From an uncultured Erysipelotrichaceae bacterium (GTDB lineage: Bacteria > Bacillota_I > Bacilli_A > RFN20 > CAG-826), in the NCBI GenBank assembly GCA_902797855.1, contig CADBUI010000010.1, positions 39,370-103,369 of the forward strand: 64,000 bases of DNA. The letters run 5' to 3'. A model generated the notes under the pieces. That model was not told where the DNA came from. It saw only the letters and a list, made by a program, of their open reading frames with translations, and did not search any database. This document shows, piece by piece, positions 8,204 through 16,483 of this stretch. Positions within the stretch are counted from its first letter, which is position 1. Every line of letters starts with the position of its first letter. The translations under genes and the position numbers were made by a program.

Positions 8204-8249
8204 CCTCCTATTATATTTATTGGGGTAAAGTTTCTAAAAAAGTTCCAAA
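8204..8249 (-). repeat. conserved ~45-nt element, copy 1 (partner at 12394-12437)
   Basis: Minus strand TTTGGAACTTTTTTAGAAACTTTACCCCAATAAATATAATAGGAGG. It shares a 15-nt exact core, TTTACCCCAATAAAT, and flanking similarity with copy 2. Confidence 0.6.
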
Positions 8250-8287
8250 TTAATAAAGTATTTTCTTATTATTTATAAATAAACCTA

Positions 8288-8317
8288 TTGCAATTATTTT
8301 TTTAGTTGTGTTATATT
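8288..8317 (+). promoter_or_regulatory. candidate promoter of the alaS leader
   Basis: TTGCAA (8288-8293), 18-nt spacer, TG-t-TATATT (8309-8317). Confidence 0.45.
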
Positions 8318-8323
8318 TTGTTT

Positions 8324-8487
8324 ACTCCGATAAAGGAAAGAAGTAATTATTACGGGCCACTCCTTTGGAGTCGATGAAAGTCGACGTAATTCTGCGTTAA
8401 GGATATTAATTAAGAGTGTTATCTATTGATAACAAATAAGGATGGTACCGCGCTAAGTCGTTCCTTAGGGACGATTTTTATTTTTTT
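8324..8487 (+). promoter_or_regulatory. T-box riboswitch leader (Ala)
   Basis: T-box motif AAGGATGGTACCGCG (8438-8452) with a UGGU bulge. Terminator GTCGTTCC-TTA-GGGACGAT (8457-8475) plus a U-run. It lies directly upstream of alaS. Candidate specifier is GCC-A at 8356-8359. Confidence 0.85.
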
Positions 8488-8499
8488 AGGAGGTTAAAC

Positions 8500-11106
8500 A
8501 TGAAATATTTAACTGGTAATCAAATTAGAAACATGTGGTTAGAGTTCTTTAAAGAAAAAGGACACCACGTTGAAAAAGGAGCTTCACTAATTCCATATAA
8601 TGATCCAACTTTATTATGGATTAACTCAGGTGTTGCAGCCTTAAAAAAATATATGGATGGTAGTGAAGTACCTCCAAGTAGAAGAATCACTAACGTTCAA
8701 AAATCCATTCGTACAAATGATATGGATAACGTTGGCTATACCGCTAGACACCATACATTCTTTGAAATGCTTGGATGTTTCTCTATTGGAGACTATTTTA
8801 GAAAAGAAATTATTGAGTGGGCATTTGAAATTCTTACTAGTAAGAAATATTTTGATATGCCAGTGGATAAACTATATTTCACCTATAACCCAATTGATCA
8901 AGAAACTCATAAACTTTGGCTTAAGCAAGGTGTTAAAGAAGATCATTTAATTCCTCTTGAAGGAAACTATTGGGAAATCGGTGAAGGTCCAGCTGGACCA
9001 AACACTGAAGTCTTCTTTGATAGAGGAGAAAAATATGATCCTAAACATTTAGGAGTCACTCTTCTAAAAGAAGATATGGAAAATGACCGCTATATTGAAA
9101 TATGGGGAATTGTTTTCTCTCAATATAACGCTCAACCAGGAGTTCCTAGAACTGAGTATAAAGAACTCCCAAGTAAAAATATCGATACAGGTGCAGGACT
9201 AGAAAGATTCGCTTGTGTTCTTCAAGAAGCAGACAGTAACTTTGAAACAGATTTATTCTTCCCATTAATTAAAGAAACAGAAAAATATGCTTCTGTTCCT
9301 TATAAAGAAGATACAAAAACTCCATACCGTGTTATTGCTGACCATATTAGAGCTGTCACATTCGCACTTTGTGATGGTGAAACTTTCTCAAATGAAGGAA
9401 GAGGCTACGTACTACGTAGACTTGTCCGTCGTGCGATGAGATACGCCAAAAAGATTGGTATTGAAGGAGCTTTCTTATATAAGCTTGTGGATATCGTTAC
9501 TAAAATCAATAAAGATTTCTATCCAGAATTATCTACAAAAGCTAAAGAAATCTCTAATAGTGTCAAAATTGAAGAAGAAAAATTCCTCAAAACACTTTCT
9601 AGTGGTGAAGCAATTCTTCGTGACTTATTAGTGAATAAGAAAGAACTTAGTGGAGAAGAAGCTTTTAAACTTTATGATACCTTTGGTTTCCCACTTGATT
9701 TAACAAAAGAAATCTGCTTAGAAAACGGCGTTAAAGTTGATGAAGAAGGTTTCCTTAAAGAAATGGAAAAACAAAAACAAAGAGCTAGAGACGCTAGAAG
9801 TGATGAACAAAGCATGCATAAACAATCTAAAGATTTATTAAATTTCACTATGAAAAGCGAATTCACTTATGATGACACTCCTATAAAGAGTAAAGTAATT
9901 GCTTTGTTTAAAGATGGAGAAAAAGTAGATTCAATATCCTCTGAAGGAGAAATCATCTTTGATAAAACTAATTTCTACGCTGAAAGCGGTGGTGAAATCG
10001 CCGATAAAGGTGAAATTAAATCTAAAGATGTGCTCGCTAGTGTGCTTTCCGTTCAAAAAGCACCTAATAAACAACATCTTCACTTTGTGAAACTTCTTAA
10101 AGGAAGCATCAAAGTTGGTGATGAACTTGAATTAGTAGTGGATCATACTTCTCGTGAATTAATTAAAAGAAATCACTCCGCAACTCACTTACTACAATCC
10201 GCACTTGATAAAGTCCTTGGTGATCACATTAAACAGATGGGTTCATTTGTAAGTGATGAATATCTACGTTTTGACTTCACTCATAACGCTAAGATTAGTG
10301 ATAATGAACTTCGACTTATCGAAGAGGAAGTTAATAAATTAATTGCTTTAGCAATTCCAAGCGATATTAAAGTTCTTCCAATCGCAGAAGCTAATAAACT
10401 AGGCGCGAAAGCATTCTTCTCTGAAAAATACGGAGATGAAGTTAGAGTTGTCCGCTTTGGTGATGTCTCCATCGAATTCTGTGGTGGTTGTCACGTCGAA
10501 AACACAAAGGATATTGGTGTATTTGCTATTGAAAGCGAAGAAAGTGTCGCTAGTGGAGTGCGTCGTATTCAAGCGCGTGCATCTATAGGTGCGTATAAAT
10601 TATTAAAAGAAAAAGAACTTTTACTTAATGATGTAAGAGATCTTTTAGGAGCTTCTTCAATCCTTGAGATCAAAGATAGATTAAATGCAAAGCTATCCGA
10701 AGAAGATAGTCTTAAGAAAGCTTATGAAAAAGCAAACGACCTCCTTGCTAGAGCAAACGCAAATTCACTTAAAAATGACTTCAAAGAAGTCTCAGGCTAT
10801 AAAGTGCTCGTAAGCTATCTAGAAGGCGCTAAAATCGCTGATTTAAATAAGATTGGTGACATTTTAAAAGTTGTCCACACTGATAGCGTTGTTATTTTAG
10901 TTGGTGGAAACGATAATGATTTACCAATTTCAATCTTTGTTAGTGGTAAAGCCTTAAATAATAACAAAGCTGGAATGCTAGTTAAAACTCTATCTAATAT
11001 GCTAGAAGGCTCTGGTGGTGGTAGAGATAATATGGCAAACGGAAAAGGTAAAAATAAATCTAAATTAGCGAAAGCGCTAGATGATATTATTACTTTCATT
11101 AAATAA
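8500..11106 (+). CDS. alaS: alanine--tRNA ligase
   Basis: 868 aa. Class II AlaRS N-terminus, HSATHLL/CGG.H editing-domain motifs and a C-terminal DHHA1-like region. Confidence 0.96.
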   Translation: MKYLTGNQIRNMWLEFFKEKGHHVEKGASLIPYNDPTLLWINSGVAALKKYMDGSEVPPSRRITNVQKSIRTNDMDNVGYTARHHTFFEMLGCFSIGDYFRKEIIEWAFEILTSKKYFDMPVDKLYFTYNPIDQETHKLWLKQGVKEDHLIPLEGNYWEIGEGPAGPNTEVFFDRGEKYDPKHLGVTLLKEDMENDRYIEIWGIVFSQYNAQPGVPRTEYKELPSKNIDTGAGLERFACVLQEADSNFETDLFFPLIKETEKYASVPYKEDTKTPYRVIADHIRAVTFALCDGETFSNEGRGYVLRRLVRRAMRYAKKIGIEGAFLYKLVDIVTKINKDFYPELSTKAKEISNSVKIEEEKFLKTLSSGEAILRDLLVNKKELSGEEAFKLYDTFGFPLDLTKEICLENGVKVDEEGFLKEMEKQKQRARDARSDEQSMHKQSKDLLNFTMKSEFTYDDTPIKSKVIALFKDGEKVDSISSEGEIIFDKTNFYAESGGEIADKGEIKSKDVLASVLSVQKAPNKQHLHFVKLLKGSIKVGDELELVVDHTSRELIKRNHSATHLLQSALDKVLGDHIKQMGSFVSDEYLRFDFTHNAKISDNELRLIEEEVNKLIALAIPSDIKVLPIAEANKLGAKAFFSEKYGDEVRVVRFGDVSIEFCGGCHVENTKDIGVFAIESEESVASGVRRIQARASIGAYKLLKEKELLLNDVRDLLGASSILEIKDRLNAKLSEEDSLKKAYEKANDLLARANANSLKNDFKEVSGYKVLVSYLEGAKIADLNKIGDILKVVHTDSVVILVGGNDNDLPISIFVSGKALNNNKAGMLVKTLSNMLEGSGGGRDNMANGKGKNKSKLAKALDDIITFIK

Positions 11107-11543
11107 TGGAAAAGATTATTGGACTAGATTTAGGCACGAAGACTTTAGGAATATCTATTTCTGATTCTTTAGGTATTGTTCATGGATACGAAAACTATGT
11201 TTTCCCTGAATTTTACTATAAGAAAGCTCGTGAAAGAGTGCTAGAAATAGCCTCTAAAGAAAACGTCAATAAATTAGTGCTTGGATATCCTCTTCATATG
11301 AATGGAGAAATATCTGAAAGAGCTAAATCGTGTCTAAGATTTAAAGATGATCTACTTAAAGATAATCCTAATCTAAGTATTGAAATGATTGATGAAAGAC
11401 TCACAACTGTTGAGGCGAACGAAAGAATGATCGAAATGAATCTATCTTCTAAAAGAAGAAAAGAAATCATCGATATGATGTCAGCAGTGGTTATCTTAGA
11501 AACTTATATTAATAAATTTGGGGGACAAAAAAATGATAAGTGA
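11106..11543 (+). CDS. ruvX: Holliday junction resolvase-like / pre-16S rRNA nuclease YqgF
   Basis: 145 aa with the IIGLDLGTKTLGISISD N-terminus. Its position after alaS matches Bacillus. Confidence 0.9.
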   Translation: MEKIIGLDLGTKTLGISISDSLGIVHGYENYVFPEFYYKKARERVLEIASKENVNKLVLGYPLHMNGEISERAKSCLRFKDDLLKDNPNLSIEMIDERLTTVEANERMIEMNLSSKRRKEIIDMMSAVVILETYINKFGGQKNDK

Positions 11544-11799
11544 CGATGAAATTATTATTAGTGATGAATCTGGATTAGAAAAAGTCATGAAGATTCTTTT
11601 CACCTACGAAAACGAAGAAAGAAATAAAAATTATGTCTTCGTTTACGAAGAAGGAAATGAAGATGATGTTATGGCGTTCATCTATAATGAAGATAATAAA
11701 TCATTAGAAGAAATCGAGGATGATGAAGAATATGGGGAAGTAGAGGAAGTCTTTAATGCTTTCCTTGAAGACCCAAAATTTAACGAAATAAAGAAATAA
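11533..11799 (+). CDS. DUF1292 family acidic protein (YrzB-like)
   Basis: ATG 11533 preceded by GGGGGA. The protein is acidic, rich in YENEE and NE motifs. It occupies the position of yrzB after ruvX in Bacillus. The track start at 11518 is less likely. Confidence 0.7.
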   Translation: MISDDEIIISDESGLEKVMKILFTYENEERNKNYVFVYEEGNEDDVMAFIYNEDNKSLEEIEDDEEYGEVEEVFNAFLEDPKFNEIKK

Positions 11800-11862
11800 C
11801 TTACTAGACAAATACTTTTAGTATGTTAAACTCTTATTTGCTTTTTAAGGAGAAAATGACTT

Positions 11863-12336
11863 ATGGAAAAAATTGAACTTACAAAACAAGGAATTGAAGA
11901 TTTAAAAGCTGAACTTGATGATTTAGTAAACGTTAAACGTGAACAAGTTCTTGAACAAATTAAAGAAGCTAAAGCTTTAGGTGATCTTTCTGAAAACGCT
12001 GAATATGACGCAGCAAGAGAACGTCAAGGCGAAATCGAATCTCGTATTAAAGAAATTCAAACCATTCTTCAAAACGCTAAAGTTATCTCTGATAAACCAC
12101 GCAATACAAAAGCTGTCTCTTTAGGCGCATATGTAACTATTTTAGATTTATCTGATAACACAGAAGAAACATATAAAATTGTTAACACTGTTGAAGCTAA
12201 ACCATTTGAAGGTTCAATTTCTGATGAATCCCCTCTTGGAAAAGCTTTAATCAATAAAAGCGTTAATGACGTTGTGAGAGTTAAAGCTACTCCAGAATAC
12301 GAAGTTAAAATCCTTAAAATTGAATTCGCTAAATAA
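11863..12336 (+). CDS. greA: transcription elongation factor GreA
   Basis: 157 aa. Coiled-coil N-terminus with GDLSENAEYDAA and a GreA C-terminal domain. Confidence 0.94.
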   Translation: MEKIELTKQGIEDLKAELDDLVNVKREQVLEQIKEAKALGDLSENAEYDAARERQGEIESRIKEIQTILQNAKVISDKPRNTKAVSLGAYVTILDLSDNTEETYKIVNTVEAKPFEGSISDESPLGKALINKSVNDVVRVKATPEYEVKILKIEFAK

Positions 12337-12355
12337 TTAAATGAACGAATAGAAG

Positions 12356-12379
12356 ATGGAGACTTTGTCTCCATTTTTA
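12356..12379 (+). terminator. greA terminator
   Basis: ATGGAGA-CTTTG-TCTCCAT hairpin followed by TTTTTATTTTT. Confidence 0.75.
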
Positions 12380-12393
12380 TTTTTCTAAACATT

Positions 12394-12437
12394 TTTGGAC
12401 TCTTTTTAAGAATTTTACCCCAATAAATTATTAGGAG
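12394..12437 (+). repeat. conserved ~45-nt element, copy 2 (partner at 8204-8249 minus)
   Basis: TTTGGACTCTTTTTAAGAATTTTACCCCAATAAATTATTAGGAG. About 36 of 45 positions align with copy 1. Confidence 0.6.
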
Positions 12438-12464
12438 AGAAAAAAGAGAACTCCTGGAGGGAAT

Positions 12465-12641
12465 ATGAAAAGAGAACTAACAAACAATGAACTAAAACAA
12501 AAAGAAACAGGCGCTGTTACTTTAACTGCGGTTATGGCGATTGTTGCAATCGCTGTTGCTGCGGTGGTGGTCTATAAGCTATTCATGTCAAACAAAGGAA
12601 GCACAAACATCCCTGGTGGATGGAAATTTACTTGGAATTAA
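12465..12641 (+). CDS. unannotated small membrane protein (58 aa)
   Basis: GGAGGG lies 4 nt upstream of ATG 12465. Product is MKRELTNNELKQKETGAVTLTAVMAIVAIAVAAVVVYKLFMSNKGSTNIPGGWKFTWN. Its stop TAA overlaps the radC ATG (TAATG). Confidence 0.55.
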   Translation: MKRELTNNELKQKETGAVTLTAVMAIVAIAVAAVVVYKLFMSNKGSTNIPGGWKFTWN

Positions 12642-13321
12642 TGGGAAGAATTAGTGATATCCCTATTAGTAATCGCCCTAGAGAAAGAGCGCTTAGATTC
12701 GGTGTTAAACTACTTTCTGATAACGAACTAATTGCTTTAATAATTGGAAGTGGAATTAAAGGAAAATCAGTCCTAGAAATATCTAATGATATCTTTAATT
12801 CATATAAAAATCTTTCTAATTTATCTAAGGATAATTTAAAGGGACTAATGAATAATGAAGGTATAGATGAAATCAAAGCCATCACCCTTTTAGCGGTCTT
12901 TGAAATTCATGAAAGACTCCTTAAAAACGAGTACGCTTTACCTGATCTTGTGAACACTCCAAGTGAAGTACTTAATAGATATAAATATTTAAATGATACT
13001 AATAAAGAAAACCTTATTATTTTGATGTTAAATTATCATCGAAAAATCATCAAAGAAGTGAATCTCACAAGTGGAAAAAGGAACAAAATTGATATTTCTT
13101 TTACCGATATTTTAAAAGAACTTTTGATTGCAGATGCAAAGTGTTTTATCCTCATCCATAACCACCCATCTGAAACATATTTTCCTAGTCAAGAAGATAT
13201 ATTTACAACCATAAAATTAAGAGAAGAAAGTAAACATTTTGACATCACTTTACTAGACCATATTATCATTACAAATGAGGGCTATTTTTCATTTGTTGAA
13301 AGCGGAAAAATAAAACTTTAA
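12641..13321 (+). CDS. radC: RadC-family JAMM protein
   Basis: N-terminal SNRPRERA...LSDNELIALIIGSG and the JAMM motif HNHPSE. Start chosen at 12641 to match family N-termini; the alternative is ATG 12620. Confidence 0.88.
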   Translation: MGRISDIPISNRPRERALRFGVKLLSDNELIALIIGSGIKGKSVLEISNDIFNSYKNLSNLSKDNLKGLMNNEGIDEIKAITLLAVFEIHERLLKNEYALPDLVNTPSEVLNRYKYLNDTNKENLIILMLNYHRKIIKEVNLTSGKRNKIDISFTDILKELLIADAKCFILIHNHPSETYFPSQEDIFTTIKLREESKHFDITLLDHIIITNEGYFSFVESGKIKL

Positions 13322-13496
13322 AACATCAGAAATTCGAAAAATAAATTTTATGAAAACGCTTACATTTATATGTCGATTTAACTTTAGTTAAAGAGTCAAT
13401 GAAAGCGGAAAAAATAGATCATTTTTAAATTTTTTGTTGCAACTTCACTCAATTATATTATTATAATTACAACTTTTTACGAAAGGAGAACTTATT

Positions 13497-15311
13497 ATGA
13501 ATAAAAAGTTTTTAGGCTTAACTGCTTTAGCTGCTTTGATTCTAGCTGGATGTGGTGAAAACAAACCTACACCAGAACCTACACCAGAACCACCAGCACC
13601 AGAGCCAACACCTACTGATCCTACAATTGCTGACTTAAAGGCTCGTTTTGAAGCTTTAGGAAATTCTGTTCTCGGCGATTTAGTTATTTCAGGTGAAGTA
13701 TTTGGATTAAGCGCTGATGACGTTTTAGAATCCAAATTATATCAAAACAACAAATATAGTTACGTTAGAGATATCGGTGGCGTTGCTGCTTTCCAAATTG
13801 ATAGTAATCTAGGTTACTATATGGTTGAAACAACAGATACTGATCCATCTAGTTACGCTTTCTCCGCTGATTGGGGAAAAATGTATTCAACATTGCAAGA
13901 ATACCAAAACGCAGAATTAGTAAGTGGATTCGCATCTGAATTAGTAGATGGAGTTCAAGGTGTTGTTTATAGAAAGGCCAAGAATTTATTTACTATCACT
14001 AACGATGATTTACTTTCTTCTTTAGCTGCAAGAACAGGCTACGCACTTACAATTGGCGCAGATCCAGAATGGGCTGAAGTTAGTATTGCTGACACTTCAA
14101 AAATTGTTGTCAAAGCATACGCATCACAATTAGACAGCAAACCAACCGCTACTGCAGAACTTAGTGCAAGTGAAGAAACAACATTTTCACAACTTGAATC
14201 ATATCTTGATTCACAAACAGAATTCCCTGCCGCACCATACACTGCAACTCAATTACTCCAACAAAAATTCACTGATGGTAAGAACTTTACACGCAAATCT
14301 TTAATTACCAGCGGTGGCAGTTACGTTGGCTACGAAAACACTTATACAACTGTGAATAGTCAAACAATTGCACGTGATGAAGGTTGGGAAGGCACTTATG
14401 CTCAATATAAGTATTTCTATTCATTATTTAATTTTGACGCACAAACAGGTACCGACCACAATACAGGTATCTACAGATCCTTCTCATACAATAGCGTTGA
14501 TCCAGCAGTTATTGCAGGATGGGCTGATACTGATTTCCCAAATGCTAAAGGTGGATATGCTCCATATTTCTATGCTCCAGCAGACTATCAATCAATGTGG
14601 GTAGATGACAACTTCGTTAATGAAACATTAGGTGCGTCTTTCGGTAGTTATGCACCAGATGCATACACTAAATTTGGTCAAGGATTTAGTGTTAACCCAG
14701 CTCTTAAATTCCCAGATGGCACAACACTTATCCAATATTATTCCGAAATGTTCGGCGACCTAGTTGAAGTTGCTGACCACACTAAAGGATATCCAGGATA
14801 TGATGTTACTTCATGGAATGGTTTCTATTTCCTTCCAGTCGATAGTTCAGATGAAACCGCAGAATCCTTAGCGGATGTCGATTCAATTTATGTAGTATGC
14901 GAATTCACTGGTTCTTATTGGAACGGTGAAGAATCTGGTGAAGTTGGTGACTATTACGAAATTGCACAATACACCAGTTTCGGTACAACTGTTGATCAAA
15001 TCGGTGCTGCATTAATTACCAGAGAATCTGGTAAAGAAAGAGCTGTTAAAGTAGTTTTAGACGAAACAACTATCAATGTTACAGCTGGCACAGCATTTGA
15101 TCTTGCTACAATCGCACATGTTGTCTATTCTGATGACGAAACAGCAGCTGAAGTCGGACTCACAATTACCCCAGCTTCAGAAGATGCCGATAAATTCACA
15201 ATCGAAGGTACCAGCATTACTGTTAGTGCAGCCGGTACATACACAATTAGCTTAAGTGCTAATGGTGGTACAGCTGTAAGTCTCACAGTTGTTGTTGCAC
15301 CTGCTGAATAG
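13497..15311 (+). CDS. lipoprotein, unknown function, with Pro/Thr/Glu linker and C-terminal Ig-like region
   Basis: Signal peptide with lipobox LAG|C, followed by the linker PTPEPTPEPPAPEPTPTDPT. 604 aa. Confidence 0.8.
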   Translation: MNKKFLGLTALAALILAGCGENKPTPEPTPEPPAPEPTPTDPTIADLKARFEALGNSVLGDLVISGEVFGLSADDVLESKLYQNNKYSYVRDIGGVAAFQIDSNLGYYMVETTDTDPSSYAFSADWGKMYSTLQEYQNAELVSGFASELVDGVQGVVYRKAKNLFTITNDDLLSSLAARTGYALTIGADPEWAEVSIADTSKIVVKAYASQLDSKPTATAELSASEETTFSQLESYLDSQTEFPAAPYTATQLLQQKFTDGKNFTRKSLITSGGSYVGYENTYTTVNSQTIARDEGWEGTYAQYKYFYSLFNFDAQTGTDHNTGIYRSFSYNSVDPAVIAGWADTDFPNAKGGYAPYFYAPADYQSMWVDDNFVNETLGASFGSYAPDAYTKFGQGFSVNPALKFPDGTTLIQYYSEMFGDLVEVADHTKGYPGYDVTSWNGFYFLPVDSSDETAESLADVDSIYVVCEFTGSYWNGEESGEVGDYYEIAQYTSFGTTVDQIGAALITRESGKERAVKVVLDETTINVTAGTAFDLATIAHVVYSDDETAAEVGLTITPASEDADKFTIEGTSITVSAAGTYTISLSANGGTAVSLTVVVAPAE

Positions 15312-15330
15312 TAATTGTTAATTTAAATAA

Positions 15331-15361
15331 AGCGATTTGGAGAAATCCGGATCGCTTTTTC
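15331..15361 (+). terminator. terminator of the lipoprotein gene
   Basis: AGCGATTTGGA-GAAA-TCCGGATCGCT hairpin followed by TTTTT. Confidence 0.75.
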
Positions 15362-15390
15362 TTTACATAAAATTAATATTATGTAATAAT
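15362..15390 (+). promoter_or_regulatory. candidate promoter of the rplU operon (leader of about 110 nt follows)
   Basis: TTTACA (15362-15367), 17-nt spacer, TG-t-AATAAT. The structured leader 15391-15490 may correspond to an L21-type ribosomal leader, but this was not verified. Confidence 0.45.
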
Positions 15391-15501
15391 ACTTATCGTT
15401 GTTGGCCTCACAAGCTACAACCGCATAGAAAAGGTAATCAACTTATTACTTTGTAATAGACCTTAATAGCGAGTCATTAGTGAGATATAGGAGGTGCACA
15501 T

Positions 15502-15813
15502 ATGTACGCTATTATTGAAACTGGTGGAAAACAAGTCCGTGTTGAAGTTGGACAAAAGATTTTCGTTGAAAAACTTGACGCTAAAGAAAACGAACAAGTC
15601 GTACTCGATAAAGTCTTACTCGTCTCTGACAAGGCTCTTAAAGTTGGTACACCATATGTAGAAGGTGCAAAAGTTTCTGCTAAAGTTGTTAAAAACGGCA
15701 AAGGCAAAAAGCTTCACATCTATAAATACAAAGCAAAACATAACTCTGCACGTAGAAGTATTGGTCATAGACAACCATATACATGCTTAGTTATCGAAGC
15801 TATTAATGCTTAA
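15502..15813 (+). CDS. rplU: 50S ribosomal protein L21
   Basis: 103 aa beginning [11 protein letters not shown], preceded by an AGGAGG RBS. Confidence 0.96.
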   Translation: MYAIIETGGKQVRVEVGQKIFVEKLDAKENEQVVLDKVLLVSDKALKVGTPYVEGAKVSAKVVKNGKGKKLHIYKYKAKHNSARRSIGHRQPYTCLVIEAINA

Positions 15814-15814
15814 T

Positions 15815-16126
15815 ATGATTCGCATTGAAATCACAAGGATAAATGGAAATATTAACCACTTATCCATCAAAGGGCACGCTAATAGTGATGAATTTGGAAA
15901 AGATCTAGTATGTGCTGCAGTAAGCGCAGTTATTACTGGAGGACTTAATTCCTTAGAGAATCCAAAATCATTTGGAATCATCTTCGAAGAAGGAAATGTA
16001 GAAGTATCATCATTAAGTGGCGTCTCCAAAAACGATTATCACACACTTGAAGTTATCCTAACTCAATTAAGAACAATTGAAGAAGATAACAAAAAGTATG
16101 TCCGAATAATCGAGAAAGGAAATTAG
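15815..16126 (+). CDS. prp: ribosomal-processing cysteine protease Prp (YsxB)
   Basis: GHA...[10 protein letters not shown] motif and position between rplU and rpmA. Alternative start at 15806. Confidence 0.88.
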   Translation: MIRIEITRINGNINHLSIKGHANSDEFGKDLVCAAVSAVITGGLNSLENPKSFGIIFEEGNVEVSSLSGVSKNDYHTLEVILTQLRTIEEDNKKYVRIIEKGN

Positions 16127-16128
16127 TT

Positions 16129-16410
16129 ATGTTATTTAAATTAAATTTACAACTCTTCGCCTCCAAAAAAGGTGTTGGATCTACTAAAAACGGCCGTGAT
16201 AGCGAATCAAAAAGACTCGGTGCTAAGAAGTCCGATGGACAAGTTTGCACTGCAGGAAGCATTCTCTATCGTCAAAGAGGAACAAAGATTCTTCCAGGCG
16301 TTAACACCAAACGTGGTGGAGATGATACAATCTTTGCTCTTATCGATGGTGTTGTTAAATACGAACGTGTCGGTAAAAACAGAGTTCGTGTTAGCGTTTA
16401 CGCTAAATAA
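16129..16410 (+). CDS. rpmA: 50S ribosomal protein L27 with N-terminal propeptide
   Basis: [11 protein letters not shown]|[14 protein letters not shown], the Firmicutes-type extension cleaved by Prp. Confidence 0.96.
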   Translation: MLFKLNLQLFASKKGVGSTKNGRDSESKRLGAKKSDGQVCTAGSILYRQRGTKILPGVNTKRGGDDTIFALIDGVVKYERVGKNRVRVSVYAK

Positions 16411-16426
16411 GTAGAATTATTAGATT

Positions 16427-16450
16427 AGACCACATTATTTGTGGTCTTTT
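16427..16450 (+). terminator. terminator after rpmA
   Basis: AGACCACA-TTATT-TGTGGTCT hairpin followed by TTTTCTT. Confidence 0.7.
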
Positions 16451-16483
16451 CTTATTGCCTGTACGCGTGTATAATTAAAATGT

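Noticed and set aside
13297-13416. 14-nt exact repeat TGAAAGCGGAAAAA at the 3' end of radC (13297-13310) and again 100 bp downstream (13400-13413).
   Set aside because: It is short, and the flanks do not extend the similarity. It could be a scar of a small duplication, but I see no functional pattern (no hairpin, no ORF beyond 9 codons).
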